Assembly (NCBI GenBank): GCA_030154045.1
Contig: JASKKU010000002.1
Span: 7,663-71,662, forward strand
Origin: Candidatus Woesearchaeota archaeon
Lineage (GTDB): Archaea; Nanobdellota; Nanobdellia; Woesearchaeales; JASKKU01
Direction of reading: 5' to 3'
Length of the DNA: 64,000 nt
In this document: positions 20,078 to 30,078 of the stretch, one piece after another
Layout of the letters: each line of letters begins with the position of its first letter
How positions within the stretch are numbered: the stretch's first letter is position 1
Made by a program: the position numbers and the translations under genes
Notes under the pieces: model-generated
Databases searched by the model: none
What the model was told of the DNA's origin: nothing
The model's input: the letters and a program-made list of their open reading frames with translations, nothing else

Positions 20078-20986
20078 TTAATTGCTGTTCGTTTTGAAAA
20101 CAATTGAAGCATATCCTACAAAAGATTGTGATGGATATATATCATTGGACAGATAATATTTTAACAATTCTCCTTTCACTTTGCCCTCTTTTTCAACATT
20201 GTTAACATACTCCAACAAGGAGGTAATTGTATACCTGCCACAAATTGTTCTTTCATTAGCTCTTTCTAAGAATTTCATACTATCTTTTTTGAGAATGACT
20301 TTTATAGTTTCCAAGTCATCTTCCTTAACTTTTTCGGTAGCATTTTCTCCAAAGGGTATGTAATGATACTCAAAACCATAATGTGTAAAATCTGAACTCG
20401 CAATCACAATGAACTCTTTGCATTTGTTTTTAATTTGGAATAATGCTTTGCCTATTGCATTAAAATCTGCGTCAGCATCTACAACTATTGGAATTAATGT
20501 GAACTTGTTCTCAAAGGTATACTGTAAGAATGGCAACTGCACTTCAATTGAATGTTCATAAATGTGTGGCGCTTCATCCAAGGGAACTTTCGAAAGTTTG
20601 TTTAGTTCTTGCGATAACCATCTATTATTCTTTACAACTCCTAAAGGCGTTTCAAAATCTAACAAGCTTATACCTGAGCTACCTAATCCTGTATGGTTTA
20701 CTCCGAGGATTACTACGCATCTTTGGTTTTCTGTCAGTTCTTTGTTAGAAGAATGATACACTTCATAAAATCCGTGAGCTGCACAAGGTCCAGAGAACAC
20801 ATACCCCGCATGAGGCGAGATTAATGCTATAACTTTGCTCTTTTCAAATTCTTGCAGTTTTTCAGATCTATTAAGCTCCGCAATTCCAGGCCCTAAGTCT
20901 GAAGAGAAACACTGTTCAATCTCGTTAATTAATTCTTGTTTGGTCTGGGGATAAAACCTGCCTGCTACAACAGGTTTACGGATCAT
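20078..20986 (-). CDS. MEMO1-family protein (AmmeMemoRadiSam system protein B)
   Basis: It starts MIRKPVVAGRFYPQTKQELINEI and contains SPHAGYVFSGPCAAHGF and GVNHTGLG. Length is 302 aa. Confidence 0.7.
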   Translation of the reverse strand: MIRKPVVAGRFYPQTKQELINEIEQCFSSDLGPGIAELNRSEKLQEFEKSKVIALISPHAGYVFSGPCAAHGFYEVYHSSNKELTENQRCVVILGVNHTGLGSSGISLLDFETPLGVVKNNRWLSQELNKLSKVPLDEAPHIYEHSIEVQLPFLQYTFENKFTLIPIVVDADADFNAIGKALFQIKNKCKEFIVIASSDFTHYGFEYHYIPFGENATEKVKEDDLETIKVILKKDSMKFLERANERTICGRYTITSLLEYVNNVEKEGKVKGELLKYYLSNDIYPSQSFVGYASIVFKTNSN

Positions 20987-21100
20987 AGTGTATTTTTTAT
21001 ATAACTGGATTTTTTAAAACATTTGTTTATTTATAAAGAATTTAACTTATAAACTGCTAGCAAAACCTTTATAAACTAAATCTTTTTTCGTAAATCAATT

Positions 21101-22579
21101 ATGGCTCTAGAAACCATTATGAAGTTCCTGCCTGAAGTTAAAGCACCTGTTGAGAAGAAACTTAATCTGAAAACCAAGCTTAAATGGACTTCAATTGTTC
21201 TGGTGCTTTATTTCGTCCTAGGCTTTATTCCTTTGTTTGGTCTCGGAGATAATGCTTTACAAAGATTTGAATTCTTATCAGTGGTTTTAGGTGCAAAGTT
21301 TGGTTCCTTAATCAGTTTGGGTATTGGCCCAATCGTCACAGCGTCTATCATCTTACAGCTTTTGGTTGGTGCAGGCATCTTAAATTATGATTTATCAAAA
21401 CCAGAAGACAGAAAGAAGTTCGAAGCTCTTCAGAAAATTACAGCAATTTTGTTTGTGCTATTTGAGTCTTTCTTGTATGTATATATGGGAGGTCTATCTC
21501 CAGCACCTTTCTTTGATCCACAAACCAATTCTTTTGTTTCGACACAAAGCGAAGGAGTTATTGCATTAACCTCTGCACAAATAGGAGCTTTAAAATTGCT
21601 TTTAGTCTTACAATTAGCCATCGGAGGTTTTATTATTCTACTTTTAGATGAAGTGGTTTCTAAATGGGGTATTGGTTCTGGTATAAGTTTATTTATCGCG
21701 GCAGGAGTAAGCCAGCAAATCTTTGTCGGAGCTTTTAGTTGGGTTAAATCAACTTACGGTGGTGCAGAATATCCTGTAGGAGCCATTCCAGCATTGTTTG
21801 TAGCTCTGAGAAACTCTGACCCAACAACTGTTTTAACAAACTTGGCAAAGATATTCTTTACGATAGTTGTTTTCCTTTTGGCAGTATACGCTCAGGCGAT
21901 GAAGGTTGAAATCCCGCTTTCATACGGCAAAGTTAGAGGATATGGTATAAAATGGCCGTTAAGGTTCATTTATACAAGCAATATCCCTGTTATCCTTACC
22001 GCTGCACTGTTTGGTAATCTTCAGATTTTTGCAAGATTGTTGGAAAACGCCGCTGTGAACTCAACTAATAAGTTCTTGCAGTTCCTTTCAGTATATGTTC
22101 TAGGTCAAATAAACACCGCAAATGCAGGCCATGGAATCATACAATGGATTTCAGGAAACAATCTTCTTCAATATTTTATCACAGGCTCTTTTTCATGGCA
22201 ATTGTTGGCCCAGGCGTTAATTTATATCTTGATGATGGTGTTGTTTAGTATTTTGTTTGGAGTTATCTGGGTACAAACTTCTGGTATGGACCCCAAATCT
22301 GTTGCAAAACAAATCACAGCATCAGGCTTACAAATACCTGGTTTCCGTTCAGATATCAGAATACTTGAAAAGCTTTTGAAAAGATATATTTGGCCTTTAT
22401 CTGTTATGGGTGCCGGATTCGTAGGTTTGCTTGCAGCTATTGCTGACTTAACTGGTGCATTGTCTAGAGGTACAGGTATCTTGTTAACAGTTATGATCGT
22501 TTACAGGTTTTATGAAACCATTGCTAAAGAACACGCTTTAGACCTCTCTCCAAATTTGAGGAAGTTTATTAAAACTTAA
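21101..22579 (+). CDS. secY: preprotein translocase subunit SecY (Sec61-alpha-type)
   Basis: Ten TM segments are predicted. A plug/TM2 region (GIGPIVTASIILQLLVGAGI) is present. The archaeal-type length is 492 aa. Confidence 0.85.
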   Translation: MALETIMKFLPEVKAPVEKKLNLKTKLKWTSIVLVLYFVLGFIPLFGLGDNALQRFEFLSVVLGAKFGSLISLGIGPIVTASIILQLLVGAGILNYDLSKPEDRKKFEALQKITAILFVLFESFLYVYMGGLSPAPFFDPQTNSFVSTQSEGVIALTSAQIGALKLLLVLQLAIGGFIILLLDEVVSKWGIGSGISLFIAAGVSQQIFVGAFSWVKSTYGGAEYPVGAIPALFVALRNSDPTTVLTNLAKIFFTIVVFLLAVYAQAMKVEIPLSYGKVRGYGIKWPLRFIYTSNIPVILTAALFGNLQIFARLLENAAVNSTNKFLQFLSVYVLGQINTANAGHGIIQWISGNNLLQYFITGSFSWQLLAQALIYILMMVLFSILFGVIWVQTSGMDPKSVAKQITASGLQIPGFRSDIRILEKLLKRYIWPLSVMGAGFVGLLAAIADLTGALSRGTGILLTVMIVYRFYETIAKEHALDLSPNLRKFIKT

Positions 22580-22615
22580 ACAGTTTTGATGACTGTTTAA
22601 GTTTAAGATTTTAAG

Positions 22616-23335
22616 GTGAATCCCATGAACTTTTTAAACGATTTAATTTCAAAACAGCCACTCTTGTTCTTGTTTTTGATTTCTGTGTTGGTTAACCTTA
22701 TTATTGTTTTTTTCACGAAATTCTTCACAAACCAGCAAGAGATGAAACGTCTTAAGGATGAAATGAAATCCTTGCAAAAAGAGATGCGCAACACAAAAGA
22801 TCCACAAGAGATTTCAAAACTAAACAAAAAACTCTTAAAATTAAATTCAGAGTATATGCATCATTCCCTTAAGGTCAATCTCTACACCTTTTTACCAATA
22901 ATACTTATCTTTGGTTGGCTCGCAAACATCTTCTCAGGCTTTCCTTTTGAACCAAACACGACCATAAATTTAGAGTTAACTTTGAAATCTTTAGATGAGA
23001 ATATCTCCTTAGTTTTACCAAATCAACTTGAACTAGTTAATGAGACAAAAACAGGTTCTAAAGTATTTTACACAATTCTTTCAAAACAAGAAGGGAGTTA
23101 TGACATTAAAATTTTGCCTTGTAATTCTAGCATTAAATTAATCTCTTCAACAAAACTAACTAATAAAACCAAGGCTATGCAAACAATAAATGATGCTTGC
23201 ATTAAAAGCGCGTTTATAAGATATAGGCCATTAAAATTTAACATTCTTGGAATAAAGATGGGTTGGTTTTGGGCATATCTGTTATTCTCATTATTTTTAA
23301 GTTCTATTATAAGAAAGATGTTTAAGGTCTATTAA
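22616..23335 (+). CDS. membrane protein, possibly a DUF106/Oxa1-superfamily insertase relative with an inserted hydrophilic domain
   Basis: The order is TM1, a positively charged coiled coil (KRLKDEMKSLQKEMRN), TM2, a ~100 aa hydrophilic insert, then a C-terminal TM. The gene sits immediately downstream of secY. Confidence 0.3.
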   Translation: MNPMNFLNDLISKQPLLFLFLISVLVNLIIVFFTKFFTNQQEMKRLKDEMKSLQKEMRNTKDPQEISKLNKKLLKLNSEYMHHSLKVNLYTFLPIILIFGWLANIFSGFPFEPNTTINLELTLKSLDENISLVLPNQLELVNETKTGSKVFYTILSKQEGSYDIKILPCNSSIKLISSTKLTNKTKAMQTINDACIKSAFIRYRPLKFNILGIKMGWFWAYLLFSLFLSSIIRKMFKVY

Positions 23336-23341
23336 TCGCTT

Positions 23342-24058
23342 TTAATTTTTATTTTTTAGGAAATTTTCAATTCTGATTTTAAACCGAAACAATTCTTTAA
23401 GATTTTCTAATCCGTCAGAAAAAGTCCTTAGTTTTGAACTTCCAACTCTTTTTCGATATATTATGGGAATCTCTTTAATTCTTTTATTTAGCATTAATGC
23501 AATTGCTTTGATCTCTTCAGAAAAAGCCATCCCGTCGCTCAACAAATCAAGGTTTATTTCGTTTAAGAAACTTCTTTTGAAGATCCACATTCCTGATTGT
23601 GAGTCTTTGATGTTGTACAGATACACAATGCGAAAAACAAAAGTTAAAACTATATTGCCAAAGTAATTTAGCATAGGCATGGAACCTTCTTCTAGTTTAG
23701 CAAATCTGTTTGTTGTAATAAAATCACAATTCTCTAATTCTTTTAGGAATCTCTCACTATCGCAGAAAGGATAGGATGCATCAGCATCCCCTGTTATTAT
23801 CACATCACCTATAGCATTTTTTAATCCAGTCTTATAAGCTGCGCCATAACCTTTTTTATTTTCAAAGATTACTTTTGCCCCTTTACTTTTAGCGATTTCT
23901 TCAGTTTTATCGCTACAGTTGTTGTTAACAACAATAATCTCATAATCCTTGATTATTCTTTTTTTGAGAAGTTTTTTTGCAACATCGTTTATTTCATCAA
24001 GAGTTTCCCCAATGCTTTCTTCTTCATTGTGTGCAGGGATTACATAACTTACAATCAT
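23342..24058 (-). CDS. family 2 glycosyltransferase (dolichyl-phosphate sugar synthase-like)
   Basis: It starts MIVSYVIPAHNEEESIGETL and carries a DxD-like ITGDADAS motif. Length is 238 aa. Confidence 0.7.
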   Translation of the reverse strand: MIVSYVIPAHNEEESIGETLDEINDVAKKLLKKRIIKDYEIIVVNNNCSDKTEEIAKSKGAKVIFENKKGYGAAYKTGLKNAIGDVIITGDADASYPFCDSERFLKELENCDFITTNRFAKLEEGSMPMLNYFGNIVLTFVFRIVYLYNIKDSQSGMWIFKRSFLNEINLDLLSDGMAFSEEIKAIALMLNKRIKEIPIIYRKRVGSSKLRTFSDGLENLKELFRFKIRIENFLKNKN

Positions 24059-24171
24059 TATTGCTCTTTTAAATCAAAGTTGTTTATTAAAACTTTTCCA
24101 TTTTATTTTTTAGTATTTTAGAAGAATAAAATATCTAAAAAACATAAAACAGAAAGCAAAAATAAAAAAAC

Positions 24172-25137
24172 TTAGATGTCTTGAATTCCGTCTTTGGTTA
24201 TTATGAACGCGCATTCTTCTTCTGGCAGGTTTGGACTGTCAACTAATCTAGCAACCCTTGTTCCTTTTTTGCCTTTTCTGAGATATACTCTAAATGTGCT
24301 TGAATGCGCTACAACATGGCCGCCAATAGCTTGTGTTGGGTCACCAAAGAAAATGTCTGGCTTAGCCATAACCTGGTTTGTTACTACAACCGCTAGATTA
24401 TGATAGTCTGCAAGTTTTAAAAGTTCGTGCATATGCCTGTTTAATTTCTGTTGTCTCTCTGCTAAAGTTCCTCTTCCAACAAACTCTGCTCTGAAATGAG
24501 CAGTCAATGAATCTACAACAACCAACTTAGCTTTTAACTTCTCTTTCTTTATTAATTCATCTATTTTCTCAACTAACAACATTTGGTGGTCTGAGTTATA
24601 AGCTCTTGCAACCCTTATTCTAGATAAAGCGTTTTTGTAATCTATCTTTTTTGCATTGCACATATCAATTATTCTTTCAGGTCTAAATGTGTTCTCTGTA
24701 TCAATGTATATTACTTGCGCTTCAGGATCAGATGCAACAACATTGACTGCAAGAGAATGCGCCACTTGAGTTTTACCTGAGCCGTATTCACCAAACAGTT
24801 CAGTTATACAGCCAGTTTCAACACCGCCCCCTAATAATCTATCAAATGCTTTGCTTCCTGTAGAGATTTTAAGAACTTTCTTCCTTTTCTCGAGCAAATC
24901 AACTCCTGTTTCAAACCCCATCTCTAAAGCATCCCTTGCTGCAGAAATAATCTTCCTTGCAACACCTTCACCAACTCCAATTGATTCCATTAAGTCTCCT
25001 GGACTTGCAACAGCAATGGACATTAGGTTATCATAGCCAGCTTCAATTAGTTTTTCAGCAGTAGCGCTACCTACGCCAGGTAAATCTGTTATCGACTTTA
25101 CTTTTGTATTATTTTTATCCTCTGCCATAAATATCAC
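24172..25137 (-). CDS. radA: DNA repair and recombination protein RadA
   Basis: An N-terminal HhH domain (ITDLPGVGSATAEKLIEAGY) and Walker A (GEYGSGKTQ) are present, and QQKLNRHMHELLKLAD matches the Rad51/RadA family. Confidence 0.9.
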   Translation of the reverse strand: MIFMAEDKNNTKVKSITDLPGVGSATAEKLIEAGYDNLMSIAVASPGDLMESIGVGEGVARKIISAARDALEMGFETGVDLLEKRKKVLKISTGSKAFDRLLGGGVETGCITELFGEYGSGKTQVAHSLAVNVVASDPEAQVIYIDTENTFRPERIIDMCNAKKIDYKNALSRIRVARAYNSDHQMLLVEKIDELIKKEKLKAKLVVVDSLTAHFRAEFVGRGTLAERQQKLNRHMHELLKLADYHNLAVVVTNQVMAKPDIFFGDPTQAIGGHVVAHSSTFRVYLRKGKKGTRVARLVDSPNLPEEECAFIITKDGIQDI

Positions 25138-25235
25138 ACTTAGGTAACCAGATTCTGCGTTTATAAATATTTTGTAAGCAAATGTCCAATGTTTTTAATA
25201 AATTCAAAATCCTTTTGAAACCCAAGACAAACCTT

Positions 25236-25246
25236 TTTATATAAAA
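25236..25246 (+). promoter_or_regulatory. TATA-box-like element in the divergent radA/trmH intergenic region
   Basis: TTTATATAAAA is centred about 23 nt upstream of the ATG at 25264, consistent with an archaeal leaderless promoter. Confidence 0.3.
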
Positions 25247-25263
25247 ATAACTGCCTTATAATA

Positions 25264-25968
25264 ATGATATATGTTGTTTTAATAGAACCAGAAACTGCTG
25301 GAAATGTGGGCGCAGTAGCAAGAGTAATGTCTAATTTTGGTTTTGAGAACCTTGTTCTAATAAACCCGAAGTGCGATTACCTGTCTTCAGAGGCAATTGC
25401 AAGGTCAAAGCACGGCATTGATATCTTAAAAAAAGCGTTAATCAAAGATATGCAGTTCTTGAACGAATTGGATGTAAAAATTGCTACTTCTAGCAAAGTT
25501 GGCGGTCCAAGAAACGTTTTCCGAACTCCTGTAGATGTAAGAAATGTTGGCACCTTAATCCCTAAAGATGCTAATTTGAAAATCGGACTAATTTTTGGCA
25601 GGGAAAGTATAGGCTTAACTAATGAAGAACTTATGCTTTGCGACTTCTTAGTTTCAATTCCAGCAAATAAGGAGAACAAAGCTCTTAATTTGAGCCATGC
25701 AGTTGCTATTGTTTTATATGAGCTGTTTAGATCTTTAAATAAAGAAAGCCACATTGACCATTTTGAGCTGGCAAACAAAGATGAGAAACGCGTTCTCCTT
25801 GAATTAAGTAGCCAGATTTTAGAGCATTTGGAATTTAATCGAGAACAAAATAAAGACACAATACTCTTAGTATTAAATAGAGTGATTACAAAATCCTTTT
25901 TATCAAAGAAAGAAATAACAACGTTATTAGCTTTCTTTAGAAAAATATTATCCAAATTTAAACAATAA
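25264..25968 (+). CDS. SpoU/TrmH-family RNA 2'-O-methyltransferase
   Basis: It begins VVLIEPETAGNVGAVARVMSNFGF and contains IFGRESIGLTNEEL and SLNLSHAVAIVLYE, which are SPOUT motifs. Confidence 0.6.
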   Translation: MIYVVLIEPETAGNVGAVARVMSNFGFENLVLINPKCDYLSSEAIARSKHGIDILKKALIKDMQFLNELDVKIATSSKVGGPRNVFRTPVDVRNVGTLIPKDANLKIGLIFGRESIGLTNEELMLCDFLVSIPANKENKALNLSHAVAIVLYELFRSLNKESHIDHFELANKDEKRVLLELSSQILEHLEFNREQNKDTILLVLNRVITKSFLSKKEITTLLAFFRKILSKFKQ

Positions 25969-26056
25969 AAGCTATTGAACCTTTTATTCTTTGAAATCAA
26001 CTTAAGTTTCACAGTTTATATTTTATCAAATCAAAAAAATTATAAAGCTGTATCAA

Positions 26057-26611
26057 ATGTATTTTCATATCATGACTGATGAAGACTTTAGCGTTCAAAC
26101 TTTTGAGGGAGAAACTTGCCCCATTTGTAATCAAAAAACTTTAACCTTGATGGAGAGCGAAAGAGAAATCCCTTACTTTGGGAAAGTCATTCTTTTTTCC
26201 ATGAATTGTTCTAATTGTCACTATCACAAATCAGATGTTGAGATTCCTGAACGGAGAGATCCTGTTAAGTACACATTTACAGTTGAGAATGAAGACGATT
26301 TAAAGGTCAGAGTTATTAAATCTGCTGAAGCCACGGTAAAAATTGGCAAAATCGCAACAATTGAACCAGGTATAGCATCTAACGGTTATATCAGCAATAT
26401 AGAAGGCGTTTTACAAAGACTCAAACACCAATTAGAAGGCATTCTAAATACAGAGGATGATCCAGAAGTTATCAAAAAAACAAAAGCTCATTTAAAGAAA
26501 CTAAGAAGAGTTTTATGGGGGAGTGATCCGATAACAATAACAATCATAGACCCATCAGGAAATTCAGCAATCATTTCTGATAAAGCCATGATGACTAAAA
26601 TTAAAAAATAA
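26057..26611 (+). CDS. ZPR1-type zinc finger protein
   Basis: A C4 zinc finger (CPICNQ...CSNCHY) is followed by the ZPR1 beta-rich region. Length is 184 aa. Confidence 0.6.
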   Translation: MYFHIMTDEDFSVQTFEGETCPICNQKTLTLMESEREIPYFGKVILFSMNCSNCHYHKSDVEIPERRDPVKYTFTVENEDDLKVRVIKSAEATVKIGKIATIEPGIASNGYISNIEGVLQRLKHQLEGILNTEDDPEVIKKTKAHLKKLRRVLWGSDPITITIIDPSGNSAIISDKAMMTKIKK

Positions 26612-26639
26612 TAAAAACTAAACCCTTTTTTATACTTTT

Positions 26640-28205
26640 ATGAATCCTCTTAAACTTTTAAGCCTGGCTATAAAATACTATTCCAAACCTGAGATTAAAC
26701 AGGCAATTTTCTCTTCAGCTTTAGAGCGTGAATTTGTTCCCAAGATTATTTCTAACAAAGAAATCAGATTTGGTTCAAGACCAAATCAGGTTAATTACCC
26801 TGATGATATAGATTATTTCTTGAAGTCTAGGGCTGTTTCTTTTCACATTTCAGAGGAAAGATGGATGGATGTATCAAGGTTGGTCTCAGGCATTGGTGAT
26901 AAGGAGCTTAATCAACTGAGAAAAGGTTGGGATTTAGTTATTGATATAGATTTTCCATTATTTGAAGTTAGCAAAATCATAGCTAACGAGATTGTTAAAG
27001 CTCTTCAAGATCATGGCATAAAGACCTTTTTTGTAAAATTCTCGGGAAACAAGGGTTTTCATATCGCAGTTCCGTTTGAAGTTTTTCCTAACAAAGTTAA
27101 CAATTTAGAGATAAAGGATACTTTTCCAGAGTTACCTTCAAGAGTTTTATCCTATCTTTCATACTATATAGACAATCCTGACAATAATTTTAGGACTTCC
27201 CAAAAAATACTCTCTTTAGATTTTGATTTGCCAAATGAATTGATTAAAGATTTTTGTTTAGATTGTTTATCAGAAGTGAACCTTGATACAAAAGAAGATA
27301 CTTATATTCTAGTCTGCAAAAGTTGCGGTCATAAAGAAGAGTTAAGCTATAAAGAGTATTCTGAAAGGAAATATTTTATCTGTAAAGAATGTAATGGGTT
27401 TATGGAATTAACTCATATACATAAAAGAAAATGTCCTAAATGTGGTTCCGAAAGATTAACAAAAAAAATTAACCTTGGTTTGGACAGCATACTCATTTCA
27501 AAAAGACACCTTTTTAGGGCGCCTTATTCATTACACGAAAAAAGTCTTTTGGTATCTTTGCCCATTTCTTATAAAGATATTTTAACTTTTGATAGAGAGT
27601 ATGCTAGACCCGAACTGGTTAAAGTCAAGCATCAGTTCTTGCCAAACAACCTTAAAGAACTTGATTTAAAAGTTGAAGCAACAAAGCTTTTCATTCAAGC
27701 CTTGGACTTCACAACAAAACAGAAGATTGATTTAGAACGAAAAACTCCAGCAAAATCCTTTGAAAACAATGCTAAAACACAGGTTTATATCTCTATTGAA
27801 CCAAAAAATAAGATTAGCACTGAATATTTTCCACCTTGTATCCTTAAAGGCCTAGAGGGTTTAGAAGATGGCAGAAAGAGGTTTTTGTTTATACTTATAA
27901 ATTTCCTAAACCAGCTGAAATGGCAGCCTGAAGAGATAAAAAATTTAGTGAATGAATGGAATAAAAAGAATGCAAAAGAATTGCCTGAAAGCATAGTTAA
28001 AGCTCAATTGAATTATCATCTTAAACGAAACAACATGCCACCAAACTGCAATTCGGAAGGTTTTTATTTAGATATTGGCATTTGTAAGAAAGACCCGTTA
28101 TGCAATAGAATCAAGAATCCTGTTACTTACGCTCTTAAAAAATATATGGCTTCTTCAAAAAATAATAAAAATACTGGTAAAAAACAAAATAAAGAAGGTG
28201 TTTAA
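26640..28205 (+). CDS. priS: DNA primase, PriS catalytic domain fused to a PriL-CTD-like Fe-S module
   Basis: Archaeo-eukaryotic primase motifs are present: LVIDIDFPLF, FSGNKGFHIAVPF and FRAPYSLHEKS. A zinc knuckle (CKSCGH..CKECNG..CPKCG) follows. The C-terminal ~140 aa carry a PPCILKG motif plus three further cysteines (CNSEG..GICKKDPLC). Confidence 0.65.
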   Translation: MNPLKLLSLAIKYYSKPEIKQAIFSSALEREFVPKIISNKEIRFGSRPNQVNYPDDIDYFLKSRAVSFHISEERWMDVSRLVSGIGDKELNQLRKGWDLVIDIDFPLFEVSKIIANEIVKALQDHGIKTFFVKFSGNKGFHIAVPFEVFPNKVNNLEIKDTFPELPSRVLSYLSYYIDNPDNNFRTSQKILSLDFDLPNELIKDFCLDCLSEVNLDTKEDTYILVCKSCGHKEELSYKEYSERKYFICKECNGFMELTHIHKRKCPKCGSERLTKKINLGLDSILISKRHLFRAPYSLHEKSLLVSLPISYKDILTFDREYARPELVKVKHQFLPNNLKELDLKVEATKLFIQALDFTTKQKIDLERKTPAKSFENNAKTQVYISIEPKNKISTEYFPPCILKGLEGLEDGRKRFLFILINFLNQLKWQPEEIKNLVNEWNKKNAKELPESIVKAQLNYHLKRNNMPPNCNSEGFYLDIGICKKDPLCNRIKNPVTYALKKYMASSKNNKNTGKKQNKEGV

Positions 28206-28208
28206 AAA

Positions 28209-28679
28209 ATGCACTGCGATCTATGTGGCAAGGAAACCAATGAAATCTATAAAGCGGAAATTGAAGGTTCAGTTTTTAATGTATGCAGAGATTGCGCATC
28301 TCTGGGAAGAGTTCTTTCAAAAGTTAGTACCAATACAAAGAAGAATATAATTCGGAAGACAAAGAAACCTGTTGTAGAAAAAGAAATTGTCGAAGTCATT
28401 GTTCCAAATTATGCAAAATTGATTAAGACTGCCAGGGAAAAGCTTGGTCTAAAACAGGAGGAGCTTGCAAAAAAACTTGCTGTTAAGGATTCACTAATTC
28501 ATGCGATTGAATCTGGCAGGCACGAGCCTTCAATAGAGCTCGCCAAGAAACTAGAACATTTCTTAGGCATTCATTTGGTTGAAGAGCAAGTTTTTGAGAC
28601 TGTTCCAAAGAAAATGGGTTCGAAAAAAGAGAATGATGAAGTAACACTCGGTGACATTATCAAGATTCGAAAAAGATAA
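28209..28679 (+). CDS. archaeal multiprotein bridging factor 1 (zinc-ribbon + HTH XRE)
   Basis: An N-terminal zinc ribbon (MHCDLCGK..CRDCAS) and a C-terminal HTH (LKQEELAKKLAVKDSLIHAIESGR) are present. Confidence 0.6.
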   Translation: MHCDLCGKETNEIYKAEIEGSVFNVCRDCASLGRVLSKVSTNTKKNIIRKTKKPVVEKEIVEVIVPNYAKLIKTAREKLGLKQEELAKKLAVKDSLIHAIESGRHEPSIELAKKLEHFLGIHLVEEQVFETVPKKMGSKKENDEVTLGDIIKIRKR

Positions 28680-30078
28680 TCTTATTACTTTCATTTTGAT
28701 AGCTTTTTATTATTTTTAGAAGTATAGGATTTTTTTGATTAATGTATGTCTCAAAAGTTGAAGAAAGAACTATCCCTTTAATGTTGTTTTTCCTAATAAA
28801 ACTCCTAAAGGTATGAACTTCAGTTATCGATAAAAAATCCTTGAATTTTTTAATTTCTTCTTCTTTAGTTCTTTTATTTTCAACAAGAATTGTGTTAAGC
28901 AAACTTGTTTTGTTCTTAATAGCTAGAGTTCTGAAAATTTTTTCATTATTAGACTCATAAAAATCCGAACACAGATTATCTGAAAAAAAGGCGTTTTTTC
29001 CTCCAACAATGGAATATATACAAACTTCATTTGGAGAAACAATTAAATTATGTAATCTGTTTTGATTTTCGTTAATTATCTCTAAGATCTCATTAAATCT
29101 GTGGGCCTTCTCTAGATTTTTTACAACCAATATTGGTTGTGGGAATGCAATCAAAACAAACAGTAACCCTAAAATTAGAACCTTAAATAAACTGTTAGAG
29201 TATTTGTTGTAAATTAAATGATAAATCCCTACTCCCGCGAACATATTTAGAAGAATTGCTCCAATAATTATGGAATATTTGGAAAGATACGAAAAAAGTA
29301 AGGAAACTGAAATGAGAATCAGGAGCAAACTATCTAAAAATCTGAATTCTTTTTTATAACTTAACCAGACTACTGCAATAATTGAAAGAATAAAAACAAT
29401 TAATCTAACTGAGAGAAAATAAGAGAGCTCAAACAATAGTTCGGTTATTGATGCGATAGGATAATACGCCATTTTCAAATCAAAGAAGGACCTAAAAAAC
29501 ACATAATAGGAATAGATTCCTAAAGCAGCAAAATCGAAAATGAGAACTGATTTGTTTTTTCTTCCAACATCAAAATATAGAATCAATATTAAAGTTAAAA
29601 TTAAAAAGAGATAATTAAATGACGAAAATATTAAAAAAATTGATCCGAGAATGTTTTGATTTTTTAACTTTAACAAGAATCCTAATAAAAAAAGAATTGT
29701 GAATACGAAAAAATGGTTTATTGATGAAAAAAGGAAGACATATATCGGCGAGATTAAGACCATTAATGATGAGTAAAATGCAATCTTATTATTCTTAAAG
29801 ATTTCTTTAGTTATGTAGTAAAAGAGTAAAATAAAAATCAATGATGCCAAATTGTTAACTATGAAAAAGATAGGGCTTAAATGATATAACACTTTAGTAA
29901 AGAAAAATTCAATCAATTTGCTTTTAAAAATTTCATTAATGAATGCATAATTTATTGTTCTAACGCCTTTTAAAAAAAACAGGTTGTAAAGAACTGTTGC
30001 AAAAATTAGGATTATGAACTCAATATCTTTTACAATTCCTCTTTTAGGACCTTTTGTGCTGTTTTTTTGAGGTTTCAT
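28660..30078 (-). CDS. polytopic membrane protein with a C-terminal soluble domain (paralog of 30075-31523; GT-C glycosyltransferase-like?)
   Basis: About ten or eleven TM helices are followed by a ~150 aa hydrophilic domain. An ATGA overlap with the upstream paralog is present. Confidence 0.3.
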   Translation of the reverse strand: MKPQKNSTKGPKRGIVKDIEFIILIFATVLYNLFFLKGVRTINYAFINEIFKSKLIEFFFTKVLYHLSPIFFIVNNLASLIFILLFYYITKEIFKNNKIAFYSSLMVLISPIYVFLFSSINHFFVFTILFLLGFLLKLKNQNILGSIFLIFSSFNYLFLILTLILILYFDVGRKNKSVLIFDFAALGIYSYYVFFRSFFDLKMAYYPIASITELLFELSYFLSVRLIVFILSIIAVVWLSYKKEFRFLDSLLLILISVSLLFSYLSKYSIIIGAILLNMFAGVGIYHLIYNKYSNSLFKVLILGLLFVLIAFPQPILVVKNLEKAHRFNEILEIINENQNRLHNLIVSPNEVCIYSIVGGKNAFFSDNLCSDFYESNNEKIFRTLAIKNKTSLLNTILVENKRTKEEEIKKFKDFLSITEVHTFRSFIRKNNIKGIVLSSTFETYINQKNPILLKIIKSYQNESNKIIFFES

